DNA from: Thermoanaerobaculia bacterium
Lineage (GTDB): Bacteria > Acidobacteriota > Thermoanaerobaculia > Multivoradales > UBA5704
Direction: 5' to 3'
Assembly (NCBI GenBank): GCA_036399915.1
Contig: DASWME010000222.1
Location: 7,164-71,163, forward strand
Length of the DNA: 64,000 nucleotides
Shown: positions 1 to 10,370 of the stretch, one piece after another
How positions within the stretch are numbered: position 1 is the first letter of the stretch
How the letters are laid out: each line of letters begins with the position of its first letter
The notes under the pieces: generated by a model
Told to the model about the DNA's origin: nothing
Database searches by the model: none
What the model saw: the letters and a program-made list of their open reading frames with translations, nothing else
Made by a program: the position numbers and the translations under genes

Positions 1-1140
<1,140 letters not shown>

Positions 1141-1142
1141 CC

Positions 1143-2015
<873 letters not shown>

Positions 2016-2041
2016 GCCCGGTTCGGCCGCATGCCCGCGAA

Positions 2042-2148
2042 GCCTCACCCCCTGGCCCCCTCTCCTTGACAGGAGAGGGGGAAAGAATCAGAACGAAGCC
2101 TGCGTTTTCCCCTCTCCCGTCAGGGAGAGGGGGCCAGGGGGTGAGGCT
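2042..2148. repeat. inverted pair of REP-like elements (GCCTCACCCCCTGG + CCCCCTCTCC-loop-GGAGAGGGGG)
   Basis: Copy 2042-2081 is forward and copy 2109-2148 is reverse-complemented. Each has its own hairpin, and the pair can also fold into a ~106-nt super-hairpin just after the sucD stop. Related copies lie at 9521-9562 and 60141-60184. Confidence 0.85.
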
Positions 2149-2181
2149 TCAGAGCGCGAACGATGAAGACAGGTAAACGTT

Positions 2182-2877
2182 ATGCTGCGTGACATCCCAC
2201 GCATCCCCGGCACCGGCTGGCTGGCGCTCCTGGGGGGCGGCGAGTTCAGCTTCGGGGAGACGGAGGAGGCGGATCAGGCCTGGATCGAGAGGACGCCGCC
2301 CGGGCCGGTGGGGTTCATCCCGGCGGCGTCCGGATCGAACGACTATCCCCGCCACTTCGCCGAGTACCTGAAGGCGGAGTGGGACCGCGAGGTGGAGATC
2401 ATCCCCATCTACCGGTCGCGGGACGGCCGGCGCGGCCGCAACGCGGAGCGCATCCGGGAGGTCGCGGCGGTCTACGTCGGCGGCGGGGTGACGGACCACC
2501 TGCTCGACGCGCTCCAGGAGACGCCGGCCGCCGAGGCGCTGGCGCGGAAGATCGCCGAGGGCGGGATCGTGGTGGCGATCGCCGCCGCGGCGCAGTGCGC
2601 CGGCAGGCTCGCCCGCAGCATCTTCCGGGGGGATCTGATCCCCGGCTTCGGCTGGCTGCCGGAGGGAGTGGTGGAGCCGAACTTCGATCCCGGCCACGAC
2701 CGGCGGCTGCGCAAGATGCTCGCCGGGGCCGGGGTGCGGTTCGGGCTCGGCATTCCCGCCAGCTCGGCGGTGCTGCTGGGGCCGGACGGCGTGACGGAGG
2801 TGGTGGGGACGGCGTTCCGGATCGAGGGGGCGGAGGGGGACGTCGAGGTGCTGGGAGAGCCCCTGGAGGGCTCCTGA
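2182..2877 (+). CDS. peptidase S51 / cyanophycinase-like (type-1 glutamine amidotransferase-like fold) protein
   Basis: The layout LALLGGGEF...AVYVGGGVTDHLLDAL...GGIVVAIAAAAQCAG resembles peptidase E/cyanophycinase. The usual nucleophile Ser in the G-x-S-A-G stretch appears to be Ala, so activity is uncertain. Confidence 0.45.
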   Translation: MLRDIPRIPGTGWLALLGGGEFSFGETEEADQAWIERTPPGPVGFIPAASGSNDYPRHFAEYLKAEWDREVEIIPIYRSRDGRRGRNAERIREVAAVYVGGGVTDHLLDALQETPAAEALARKIAEGGIVVAIAAAAQCAGRLARSIFRGDLIPGFGWLPEGVVEPNFDPGHDRRLRKMLAGAGVRFGLGIPASSAVLLGPDGVTEVVGTAFRIEGAEGDVEVLGEPLEGS

Positions 2878-2942
2878 ACGATCAACCTGTCACGGCCGGT
2901 TTGCCCGGCCCGACCTGATTCATAGAGGGAGATGACGACCGT

Positions 2943-3365
2943 ATGGAGATGACGTTGGCGATCCTGAAGCCGGACAGCGTGGGAGCCGGCAACGCGGGGA
3001 ACATCCTCGCTCACCTAGAGCAGGCGGGCTTCGCGGTCCGGGGGCTCAAGATGCTGCGGCTGACCGCGACCCAGGCGCGGGCCTTCTACGAGGTGCACAG
3101 GGAGCGGCCGTTCTACGGCAGCTTGGTGGAGTTCATGACGAGCGGTCCGGTGATCCCGGTGGCGCTGGAGCGGGAGAACGCGGTGGCCCACCTGCGGCAG
3201 GTCATGGGGGCGACGGACGTCTCCAAGGCCGAGGAGGGGACGATCCGCAAGCTGTACGGCTCGTCGATCGAGCGCAACGCCATCCACGGCAGCGACTCTC
3301 CCGAGAACGCCGCAATCGAGCTATCCTTCTTCTTCTCGCGCTCCGAGCTGCTCGCGGCGCGCTAG
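2943..3365 (+). CDS. ndk: nucleoside-diphosphate kinase
   Basis: MEMTLAILKPD..., FYEVHRERPFY, NAIHGSDS are the classic NDK signature. Confidence 0.95.
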   Translation: MEMTLAILKPDSVGAGNAGNILAHLEQAGFAVRGLKMLRLTATQARAFYEVHRERPFYGSLVEFMTSGPVIPVALERENAVAHLRQVMGATDVSKAEEGTIRKLYGSSIERNAIHGSDSPENAAIELSFFFSRSELLAAR

Positions 3366-3381
3366 AGACCTGGAGGCGGTC

Positions 3382-3681
3382 ATGGTCTACCGATTCCCCC
3401 ACGCGGCCCCGCAGAGCCAGCTCCCGGAGGAACGGCGGGGCCGCACGGTCGGCCGCTTCTGCACGGTCTGCGGCAGCATCTACCCGCTGCACCGCAGGCT
3501 GCACCGGGGCAAGCCGATGTACGGCCGCGATCACATCGCCTCCCCGTGCACCCACGAGGGCGATGCCTTCGAGGAGGGCGAGACCTGGTGGGAGCCCGCC
3601 GTCGAAGTGCTGCCCGAGGCGGTGGAGAAGGCCGCCACGGACCTGGTGACCGGATCGCCTGCCAAGGGCACCGCCCCCTAG
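3382..3681 (+). CDS. hypothetical protein (99 aa, CxxC...C.H, possible zinc-ribbon)
   Basis: Codon usage is strongly GC3-biased like the neighbouring genes. It lies between ndk and the HD-GYP gene on the same strand. I recognise no family. Confidence 0.5.
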   Translation: MVYRFPHAAPQSQLPEERRGRTVGRFCTVCGSIYPLHRRLHRGKPMYGRDHIASPCTHEGDAFEEGETWWEPAVEVLPEAVEKAATDLVTGSPAKGTAP

Positions 3682-3709
3682 CGGGGGCAAGGAGGTCCAC
3701 CCACCCGGG

Positions 3710-5374
3710 ATGAGCGTCGTCAACCCCGAGCCGCGCGCCGCCTCGACACCCCGGGCGGCGTTCGCCTACCACCGCACGAGCCGTCTCGCGGAGTGGTTCG
3801 GACGGGGCCGGGGGCACCGCCTCATCCTGTCCCTGGCCGCCGGCCTGTTGGGCGAGCTGATCACCGGCTGGAGCGGCGGGCTGCTGTTCCCCCTGACACC
3901 GACCGTCTCCCTCTCCGCGGGTCTCCTTTTCGGTTGGCTGGGGATCGCCGGGACCGCGGTGGGGCAGCTTGCGGCGGACTGGATCCTCCACCGCAGTCTC
4001 CTCGATGCGCTGACGTTCGCGGTCTCCTTCTCGCTCACCGGCATCGCCGCCTGGGCGCTCTTCCGGTACGTCCCCAGGCTCGGACGGGGCTTTCCCAACC
4101 TCCGCTCCTTCCTGGGGACGCTGGCGGCGGCCCTGGCGGGAGGGCTCGCCGGCTCCCTGCTGACGCTGCTCCCGGCGGACCTGCCGCCGCCCGGGCAGAC
4201 GCCGGGGATGTGGATCTGGACCTGGGTGACTGGAGCCCTGGTCAGCGTGGCGCTCCTGGCGCCGCCCATCCTGCTCGCGTTCGACCGCCACGGCCGGCAC
4301 TTGATGGTGCCGCTTCCCGGGGAGTTCCTGGTCGGGGACCACCGTCTGGGCCGCGCCATGGCCGGCAGAGGGGAGGAGACGCTCGTCGTCGCCGCGCCGG
4401 AGCCCGCTGCTCGAACCAGTCATCGCGACCTCCTTCTGGGCGCGGCGATGGTGCTGGCGGCGGCGGTCGTGGCTCTCGCGGTGGTCTGGAAGCTGCCTCA
4501 GGGGAGCGGCTGGACGACGCTCCTCTACCTGCTGCCCATCCTCTGGGCGGCCCTCCACCATGGCCTGCGCGGGGGGATCCTGGCTTCCTCGGGGAGCGGC
4601 GTCTGCCATCTTCTCGGGCTTGCGGCGCTGGCCGTCCACCTCGGCGGGCCGGAGCTGGGGAGCGAGGTCTGGGCGGGGAGGGCCGACCTGCTGATCCTCT
4701 CCCTGGCCGGCGCTCTGGTGGGATGGTCGCGCGACCGGGAGGTGCGGCTGCGCGAGGAGCTGATCGAGTCGAACCGGCTGCTCCGCCGGGACCTCGTCCG
4801 CGTCTCGGATGCGCTGATCCAGGCGGTCGAAGCCAAGGACGTCTATACCGGCGGCCACCTGCGCCGGGTGAGCGAGTACGCCGTGGCGGTGGGGGAGAAG
4901 CTCGGGATGCGCGGCCGTGACTTGGAGACCCTCCACTACGCGAGCCTGCTCCACGACGTGGGCAAGCTCGGCGTGCCGGAGTCGGTGCTGGGCAAGGAGG
5001 GGCCGCTCGATGCCGCCGAGATGGAGATGATGCGCCGGCACCCGGAGATCGGCGCGCGGATGCTCGAGCGGCTGGAGCTGCTGAGCGGCGCGGCGCCCCT
5101 CGTCCTCCACCATCAGGAGCGCTTCGACGGCGAGCTCGACGGCCGGCACCCCGGCTATCCCCGGGGGCTCGCCGGGAACGAGATCCCCTTAGGCGCGCGC
5201 ATCATCGCCGTGGTGGACGCCTTCGACGCGATGACCACCACCCGGCCCTATCGTCCCGCGTACCCGATCGAGGAGGCGACCGCCGTGCTCCGCCGGGAGC
5301 GGGGACGGCAGTTCGATCCCAAAGTGGTGGACGCCTTTCTCGATTGCCTCGCCGAGCGCCCGTGGCAGATCTGA
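3710..5374 (+). CDS. membrane-anchored HD-GYP domain phosphodiesterase (c-di-GMP)
   Basis: The N-terminal ~330 aa are multi-TM. The C-terminus has HLRRVSEYA...LLHDVGKLGVP...HHQERFDG(ELDGRHP)GYPRGL...DAFDAMTTTRPYR. Confidence 0.85.
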   Translation: MSVVNPEPRAASTPRAAFAYHRTSRLAEWFGRGRGHRLILSLAAGLLGELITGWSGGLLFPLTPTVSLSAGLLFGWLGIAGTAVGQLAADWILHRSLLDALTFAVSFSLTGIAAWALFRYVPRLGRGFPNLRSFLGTLAAALAGGLAGSLLTLLPADLPPPGQTPGMWIWTWVTGALVSVALLAPPILLAFDRHGRHLMVPLPGEFLVGDHRLGRAMAGRGEETLVVAAPEPAARTSHRDLLLGAAMVLAAAVVALAVVWKLPQGSGWTTLLYLLPILWAALHHGLRGGILASSGSGVCHLLGLAALAVHLGGPELGSEVWAGRADLLILSLAGALVGWSRDREVRLREELIESNRLLRRDLVRVSDALIQAVEAKDVYTGGHLRRVSEYAVAVGEKLGMRGRDLETLHYASLLHDVGKLGVPESVLGKEGPLDAAEMEMMRRHPEIGARMLERLELLSGAAPLVLHHQERFDGELDGRHPGYPRGLAGNEIPLGARIIAVVDAFDAMTTTRPYRPAYPIEEATAVLRRERGRQFDPKVVDAFLDCLAERPWQI

Positions 5375-6015
5375 AGCCGCGCAAGGCTCGCCTCCCCGTC
5401 CTTAGGGGTTGGGAAGCCCTCGATCATCATCTTGTCCAGGTGCGGGGCTGCCGGATCTGTCCCACGGTGGAGCCGCCGCCGGTCGCGGCCCGTCCCGAGG
5501 TCTGGCCGCGGCTGATGCTGGTGGGGCAGGCTCCGGGGCCGCGGGAGGTCGTGGAGCAGCGCCCCTTTGCCTACACGGCCGGCTCGCGCCTCTTCTCGTG
5601 GTTCGGCCGGCTGGAGGTTTCCGAGGAGGAGTTTCGCCGGCGGGTCTGGATGTGCGCAGTGATCCGCTGCTTTCCGGGGCGCGCGCCGCAGGGTGGGGAC
5701 CGCGTGCCCGCTCCCCTGGAGATCGCGAACTGCGCCCCCTACCTGGAGGAGGAGATCGGTCTGATCCGGCCGGCGACGGTGATCGCGGTCGGCCAGCTCG
5801 CCATCAAGAAGTTCCTTCCCGAGCCCGCGCCGCTGCAGGAACGGGTAGGTCGGAGCTTTCCTGCCTCGCGAGGGGACGTGGCGTTCGACGTCATCCCGCT
5901 GCCCCATCCCTCGGGCCGCAGCACGTGGCTGGTGAGGCCGGAGAACCAGGCGCTGCTCGAGCGGGCGCTGGAGCTGCTGCGGGGGAGCGTGGGATGGCGG
6001 GAGACGTTCGGATAA
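5344..6015 (+). CDS. uracil-DNA glycosylase superfamily protein (family 4/5-like)
   Basis: Motif A-like LVGQAPGP and motif B-like LPHPSGRS are present. The start is uncertain: the TTG at 5344 overlaps the HD-GYP 3' end, and GTG 5362 is an alternative. Confidence 0.55.
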   Translation: MPRRAPVADLKPRKARLPVLRGWEALDHHLVQVRGCRICPTVEPPPVAARPEVWPRLMLVGQAPGPREVVEQRPFAYTAGSRLFSWFGRLEVSEEEFRRRVWMCAVIRCFPGRAPQGGDRVPAPLEIANCAPYLEEEIGLIRPATVIAVGQLAIKKFLPEPAPLQERVGRSFPASRGDVAFDVIPLPHPSGRSTWLVRPENQALLERALELLRGSVGWRETFG

Positions 6016-6028
6016 ATCGTCCCACTCT

Positions 6029-6286
6029 TCAGGGCTCACCCTCACGCCATTCGGCCATCCAGTCTCTGGTCCTCCAGGTTGCCCGGAAGCGCTTGGCGAA
6101 ACCCAGCATGGCGACGGCTCCGTGACGCTTCGGGTCTGGAAGGACGGTGACGCGGATCTCGCGTTCGCCAATCTTCTCCCAGAGCAGGCGCTGACCCTTG
6201 GAGAGGGACAGTTCCTTGCGAAGTCGGGCCGGTATGGAGACCCGTCCGCTCTCAGTCACCGTAGAGATTTTGGAGAGCCTCGGCAT
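6029..6286 (-). CDS. AbrB/MazE/SpoVT-type DNA-binding protein (antitoxin-like)
   Basis: LSKISTVTESGRVSIPARLRKELSLSKGQRLLWEK looks like a looped-hinge-helix domain, with an acidic/Trp-rich tail ..WMAEWREGE. No cognate toxin gene is adjacent. Confidence 0.6.
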   Translation of the reverse strand: MPRLSKISTVTESGRVSIPARLRKELSLSKGQRLLWEKIGEREIRVTVLPDPKRHGAVAMLGFAKRFRATWRTRDWMAEWREGEP

Positions 6287-6352
6287 GGAACAAAGGCTAT
6301 CAGGACGCCTACCCCGCTTGATATAGAATCCGCCCGCTCAGGAGGGGTTCCC

Positions 6353-6595
6353 ATGGATGTTTCGCAGGCGGAGCAAGCCATCCTCGCTCGCTTCAAAGCG
6401 AGGTGCCACATTGCAGGCGGCGTGCAGACCGGCTACGGGATGCGCGCCCAAGCCATCAAGCTCGTCGAGCCGCCCGGTGCGGATTTTGATCAGGCGTTGA
6501 AGGGCATGGTCGAGAAGGGCTGGCTCAAGATGAACCAGGCAGGGACCTGGTATTACCTGACCGCGGAGGGAGCGGAGCGGGTGAAGGCGGCGTGA
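6353..6595 (+). CDS. hypothetical small protein (80 aa), possible winged-helix
   Basis: AGGAGG lies 8 nt upstream of the ATG at 6353. GC is lower than in the flanks. The 4-nt ATGA overlap with the next ORF suggests coupling. Confidence 0.55.
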   Translation: MDVSQAEQAILARFKARCHIAGGVQTGYGMRAQAIKLVEPPGADFDQALKGMVEKGWLKMNQAGTWYYLTAEGAERVKAA

Positions 6596-6789
6596 TGAAC
6601 CAAAAACAAGTGCAGTGGACTGAAGAAGATCTCAAGCGCGCACTGAAGATCGAACCTCTAACTGGCGCTGAGATCGTCGAAGCCGGTCTCGTTGGAGGGT
6701 GGGCAGATGAGGGAATCACCGATAGTGCCGCGTGGGTAGAAGAGCAGCGGCGGAAGAGGCGCGAGCGGCATCATCAACGATCGGGCTGA
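6592..6789 (+). CDS. hypothetical small protein (65 aa), antitoxin-like tail
   Basis: GAEIVEAGLVGGWADEGITDSAAWVEEQRRKRRE resembles short antitoxin-type proteins found upstream of PIN toxins. It appears translationally coupled to 6353..6595. Confidence 0.5.
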   Translation: MMNQKQVQWTEEDLKRALKIEPLTGAEIVEAGLVGGWADEGITDSAAWVEEQRRKRRERHHQRSG

Positions 6790-6792
6790 CCT

Positions 6793-7950
6793 TCATTCCT
6801 TCCGACCCTTCACCCGCCCCGCCGCCACCAGTAGCTCCCGGACCCGTTCCACTGGGATCGCCTCCCCGCTGTGGCCCTGGTGGCCGGTGACGGTCGTGGT
6901 CTTGAGGAGGGAGTTGTAGACCGCCTCCTCGACGGCCTCGACGGCGGCCAGGAAGAGAGGGCTCATGGCGTCGTTCGTCAGCTCCTCGACGGTGAACGTC
7001 TTCTCCTTCGGCTCGTGCGGGACGAGGTTCCTGGTGGAGAAGGCGATGACGAAGTCGCCGGAGCCGTTGCTCAGGAAGGAACCGGTGCGGGCGAGGCCGA
7101 GGACGGCGCGCCTGGCCAGGCGCTCGAGGTTGCGCGAGGAGAGCGGCGCGTCCGTGGCGAGCACGATCATGCACGAGCCGGCGTCCGGCTTCTCCAGATC
7201 TTCGCGGAAGGAGTAGCGGCCGAGCCGCTCGCCGACCGGCGCGCCGTCGATCGTCAGGATTCCACCGAAGTTCGTCTGCACCAGGGCACCCACGGTATAG
7301 CCCCCGAGGCTCTTGGGGATCACCCGCGAGGAGGTCCCGATCCCGCCTTTCCAGCCGAAGGCCATCGTGCCCGTGCCGGCGCCGACGGAGCCCTCCTCGA
7401 CCGGCCCGGTGCGGGCGGCGGCGATGGCGGCGCGGACGTCGTCAGCCGTCACCTGCCGGCCCCGGATGTCGTTGAGAAAGCCATCGTTCGTCTCCCCGAC
7501 CACCGCGTTGACCGAGCGCACCTCCTGATTGCCCGGCTGCTCCAGGGTCCAGGCCACGACCGCTTCGACCGCGGTGCCGACGGCGAGGGTGTTGGTGAGC
7601 ACGACCGGCGTCTCGAGGTTGCCCAGCTCCTGCACCTGGAGGAACCCCGCCGCCTTGCCGAAGCCGTTGCCGACGTAGACGGCCGCGGGCGTCTTGCGCT
7701 GGAACAGGTTGCCGCCGTGGGGGAGGATCGCGGTGACCCCGGTGCGCACCGACTCGCCACGGATCAGGGTGCGGTGCCCGACGCGGACGCCTTCGACATC
7801 GGTGATTGCGTTGAGCGGACCGGGCGGGAAGATCCCGGGCTCGACTCCGAGATCACGGATCCGCGGCCGCGGTTCGGGATCGGCGGACCAGGCCAGTACG
7901 GGGACGAGCAGCCAGGTGAGGGCCAGGAACGGAAAGGCGATTCTCCTCAC
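6793..7950 (-). CDS. secreted DmpA/BapA-family (peptidase S58/P1) aminopeptidase
   Basis: A signal peptide is followed by NAITDVEGVRVGH..., GETNDGFLND and GAGTGTMAFGWKGGIGTSS, which includes the self-processing site region. Confidence 0.85.
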   Translation of the reverse strand: MRRIAFPFLALTWLLVPVLAWSADPEPRPRIRDLGVEPGIFPPGPLNAITDVEGVRVGHRTLIRGESVRTGVTAILPHGGNLFQRKTPAAVYVGNGFGKAAGFLQVQELGNLETPVVLTNTLAVGTAVEAVVAWTLEQPGNQEVRSVNAVVGETNDGFLNDIRGRQVTADDVRAAIAAARTGPVEEGSVGAGTGTMAFGWKGGIGTSSRVIPKSLGGYTVGALVQTNFGGILTIDGAPVGERLGRYSFREDLEKPDAGSCMIVLATDAPLSSRNLERLARRAVLGLARTGSFLSNGSGDFVIAFSTRNLVPHEPKEKTFTVEELTNDAMSPLFLAAVEAVEEAVYNSLLKTTTVTGHQGHSGEAIPVERVRELLVAAGRVKGRKE

Positions 7951-7974
7951 GGCAATCCTCCGCGCAAGATAAGA

Positions 7975-9528
7975 TCAGGTCTCCAACCCCGCTGGCCGCA
8001 ACGCCTTCTCGACCCATCCCAGCGCGCCATCCACCAGCAGGGCGAGCAGGGCCGCCGGGATGGCTCCGGAGAGGATCATCCCGGTATCCGCGAGCTGCAG
8101 GCCGGTGACGATCGGCTCGCCGAGGCCTCCGGCGCCGATGAAGGCGGCCAGGGTGGCGGTGCCGACCGTGAGGACAGCGGCCGTGCGCAGGCCGGCCATG
8201 ACCACCGGGGCGGCCAGGGGCAGGCGGATCTGACGCAGGATCTGCCCGGGGGTCATGCCCAGCGCGGTCGCCGCCTCGACGGCCCGCGGGTCGGCGTCCC
8301 GCACGCCGGTATAGGTATTCCTCACGATGGGGAAGAGCGAGTAGATCCAGAGCGCCACGATGGCGGGCACGACCCCCACGCCCAGGAAGGGGATCATGAA
8401 GGCCAGCAGCGCCAGCGAGGGGACGGTCTGGAAGAGCCCCAGGAAGCGGATGACCGCTTCCGCTCCGCGCCGGTGGCGCTCCAGCCAGAGCCCGAGGGGG
8501 ATCGAGACGAGCGCTCCCAGGAGCAGGGCCGCCGCCGACAGGCCGAGATGCTCCAGCGTGCGCCGGCCGAGGTCTCCGCGCTCGCCCCAGAGGCGAGCGA
8601 GCAGGCCGGTCTTTCGCGAAACCGGCTCCGGAGAGTTTCCCACCCTCTCCAGGAAACCCAGGGAGCGGAGGGCGTCCCGGGCCACGACGGCCTCGCTCTC
8701 ATGCCCCTCCTGAAGCCTCAGGTTCAAGGCCCGCATCGTGTCCGCGTCGAAAGCCCCGCCGAGCAGGCCGAGGACGGCGCCGATCTCGGGGTGCCTCTTC
8801 AGGGTTTCGCCGCGCACCAGGGGCGCCGCATCGTAGGGAGGAAAGAAGTTCCGGTCGTCCCGCAGGAGCTTGAGGTTGTAGAGGATGAGACGGCCGTCCG
8901 TGGAGTAGACGTCCAGGGCGTCGATCGTGCGCTGCTTCGCGGCCTGATATTGGAGGGCCTGCTGGAGGTGATCGACCGAGGCGAACTGAAGGCCGTAGAC
9001 CCTTTGGAGCCCCAGAAGGCCGTCCTCCCGGCCCACGAATTCATGGCCGAAGCCACCGTGGAGGCGTTTCGAGACCCGGGCCAGGTCGGAGATCGTCTCC
9101 AGGTGCTCCCGCTCGGCCAGCTCGCGGGGCACGGCGATCTCCCAGGAATTCTCGAACCCCAGAGGCGCGAGCCACCACAGGTTCCAACGGTGGAGGAACG
9201 CGGCGCGGACGCGGTTCAGGGTCCGCGCCGCATCGCCCGTCGCGGGCTCGCCAAGGATCGAGACCAGCCCGGTGCCGGTGTACTCGGGGTAGACGTCGAT
9301 CGCGCCGCTCTTCAGCGCCTCGAAGCAGACCTGCGTGCCCGCGAGCCCCAGGCGCCGCTCGACCTGGAGGTCGGTGCGGCTTTCCAGGAGCTGTGCGAAG
9401 ACCTCGCCGAGAAGCCGGCTCTCTTCGAAGTTCTTGGAGCCGATAACGATGCGGTCGGCAGCGGGGAGGGGGGAGGTAGCATAAGCAAGGATGAGGAAGA
9501 TGGCGGCGGCGAGGCTGCGAGGCCTCAC
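7975..9528 (-). CDS. glycine betaine/choline-type ABC transporter, fused substrate-binding + permease protein
   Basis: The N-terminal OpuBC-like SBP has IVIGSKNFEESRLLGE..YPEYTGTG. The C-terminal permease has FQTVPSLALLAF...GMTPGQILRQIRLPLA. I prefer the GTG at 9528 (MRPRSLAAAIFLILAYA signal peptide) over the track start at 9594. Confidence 0.85.
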   Translation of the reverse strand: MRPRSLAAAIFLILAYATSPLPAADRIVIGSKNFEESRLLGEVFAQLLESRTDLQVERRLGLAGTQVCFEALKSGAIDVYPEYTGTGLVSILGEPATGDAARTLNRVRAAFLHRWNLWWLAPLGFENSWEIAVPRELAEREHLETISDLARVSKRLHGGFGHEFVGREDGLLGLQRVYGLQFASVDHLQQALQYQAAKQRTIDALDVYSTDGRLILYNLKLLRDDRNFFPPYDAAPLVRGETLKRHPEIGAVLGLLGGAFDADTMRALNLRLQEGHESEAVVARDALRSLGFLERVGNSPEPVSRKTGLLARLWGERGDLGRRTLEHLGLSAAALLLGALVSIPLGLWLERHRRGAEAVIRFLGLFQTVPSLALLAFMIPFLGVGVVPAIVALWIYSLFPIVRNTYTGVRDADPRAVEAATALGMTPGQILRQIRLPLAAPVVMAGLRTAAVLTVGTATLAAFIGAGGLGEPIVTGLQLADTGMILSGAIPAALLALLVDGALGWVEKALRPAGLET

Positions 9529-9562
9529 CCCCTGGCCCCCTCTCCCTGACGGGAGAGGGAGA
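9521..9562. repeat. REP-like element copy, intercistronic between ABC ATPase and permease genes
   Basis: The sequence is ggcctcaccccctggccccctctccc-tgac-gggagaggg, with the same flank and stem as 2042-2148 and 60141-60184. Confidence 0.85.
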
Positions 9563-9586
9563 ACTCGGTCGGAGCGGATGTGCACC

Positions 9587-10330
9587 TCACACACGCCGCA
9601 TCTCCAGCAACGCCTGCACGTACGGATCCGCCGGGCGCTCGGCCAGCTCGGACGGCGGGGCGAGTTGCAGGAGGCGGCCGGCGCGCATGACGCCGATGCG
9701 ATCGGCGAGGTGGAAGGCCTCGGCGAGGTCGTGGGTCACCAGGACGGCGGTCTTGCCCAGGGTCTGCTTGAGGTCCAGGAACTGGCGATGCAGCTCCAGG
9801 CGGGTCAGGGCGTCCAAGGCGCCGAAGGGCTCGTCGAGGAGAACGAGGTGAGGATCGGCGGCGAGGGCGCGGGCGAAGGCCACGCGCTGGCGCTGCCCGC
9901 CCGAAAGCTCGGCGGGGTAGCGGCCGGCGTGGGCGTCGGGGCGGAGCCCCACCAGCTCCAGCATCTCGCGCGTCCTGGCTCGGCGGCGGTCGCGGTCCCA
10001 GCCGAGGAGGCGGGGGACCAGCTCGACGTTGCGCTCCACCCGCCAGTGGGGGATCAGGCCGCCGTCTTGCGGCACGTAGCCGATCCGGCGGCGCAGCGCG
10101 ATGGGATCGAGCTCCGCCACGGGCCGCCCTTCGACCCGCACCGCGCCGGCCGAGGGCTCGACCATGCGGTTGAAGATGCGCAGGAGCGTCGTCTTGCCGC
10201 TGCCGCTCTCGCCCACCAGCGCCACGGTCTCGCCGGGCCGCACCGCCAGGTCGACCCCCGCGAGCGCGGCCGTGCCGTCGCCCCAGGTCTTGGCGACGCC
10301 GACCGCTTCGAGGATGGGCTCGGCGGGCAC
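9587..10330 (-). CDS. ABC transporter ATP-binding protein (OpuCA/ProV-like, no CBS domains)
   Basis: It has Walker A GESGSGKTT, the signature LSGGQRQRVA and Walker B LVLLDEPF. Confidence 0.9.
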   Translation of the reverse strand: MPAEPILEAVGVAKTWGDGTAALAGVDLAVRPGETVALVGESGSGKTTLLRIFNRMVEPSAGAVRVEGRPVAELDPIALRRRIGYVPQDGGLIPHWRVERNVELVPRLLGWDRDRRRARTREMLELVGLRPDAHAGRYPAELSGGQRQRVAFARALAADPHLVLLDEPFGALDALTRLELHRQFLDLKQTLGKTAVLVTHDLAEAFHLADRIGVMRAGRLLQLAPPSELAERPADPYVQALLEMRRV

Positions 10331-10370
10331 GGCGGTAGTCTACCCTGCGCCGGGTGCTACGATCCGGGGC

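Noticed and set aside
6871-9549. Very long ORFs antisense to real genes. Examples are 6871..9549 (+, 892 aa), 19794..22619 (-, 941 aa), 38592..41780 (-, 1062 aa), 9525..11618 (-, 697 aa) and 3380..5149 (-, 589 aa).
   Set aside because: They are typical high-GC shadow ORFs. Their translations are Arg/Pro/Gly/Ala-rich low-complexity sequence with no family motifs, and the opposite strand carries clearly recognisable genes.
9529-9594. The track start (GTG 9594) for the transporter gene, which would translate the REP element.
   Set aside because: The first 22 codons would be repeat-derived (VLPLPSGRGGQGV). An internal GTG at 9528 gives a textbook signal peptide with an SD-like purine run upstream.
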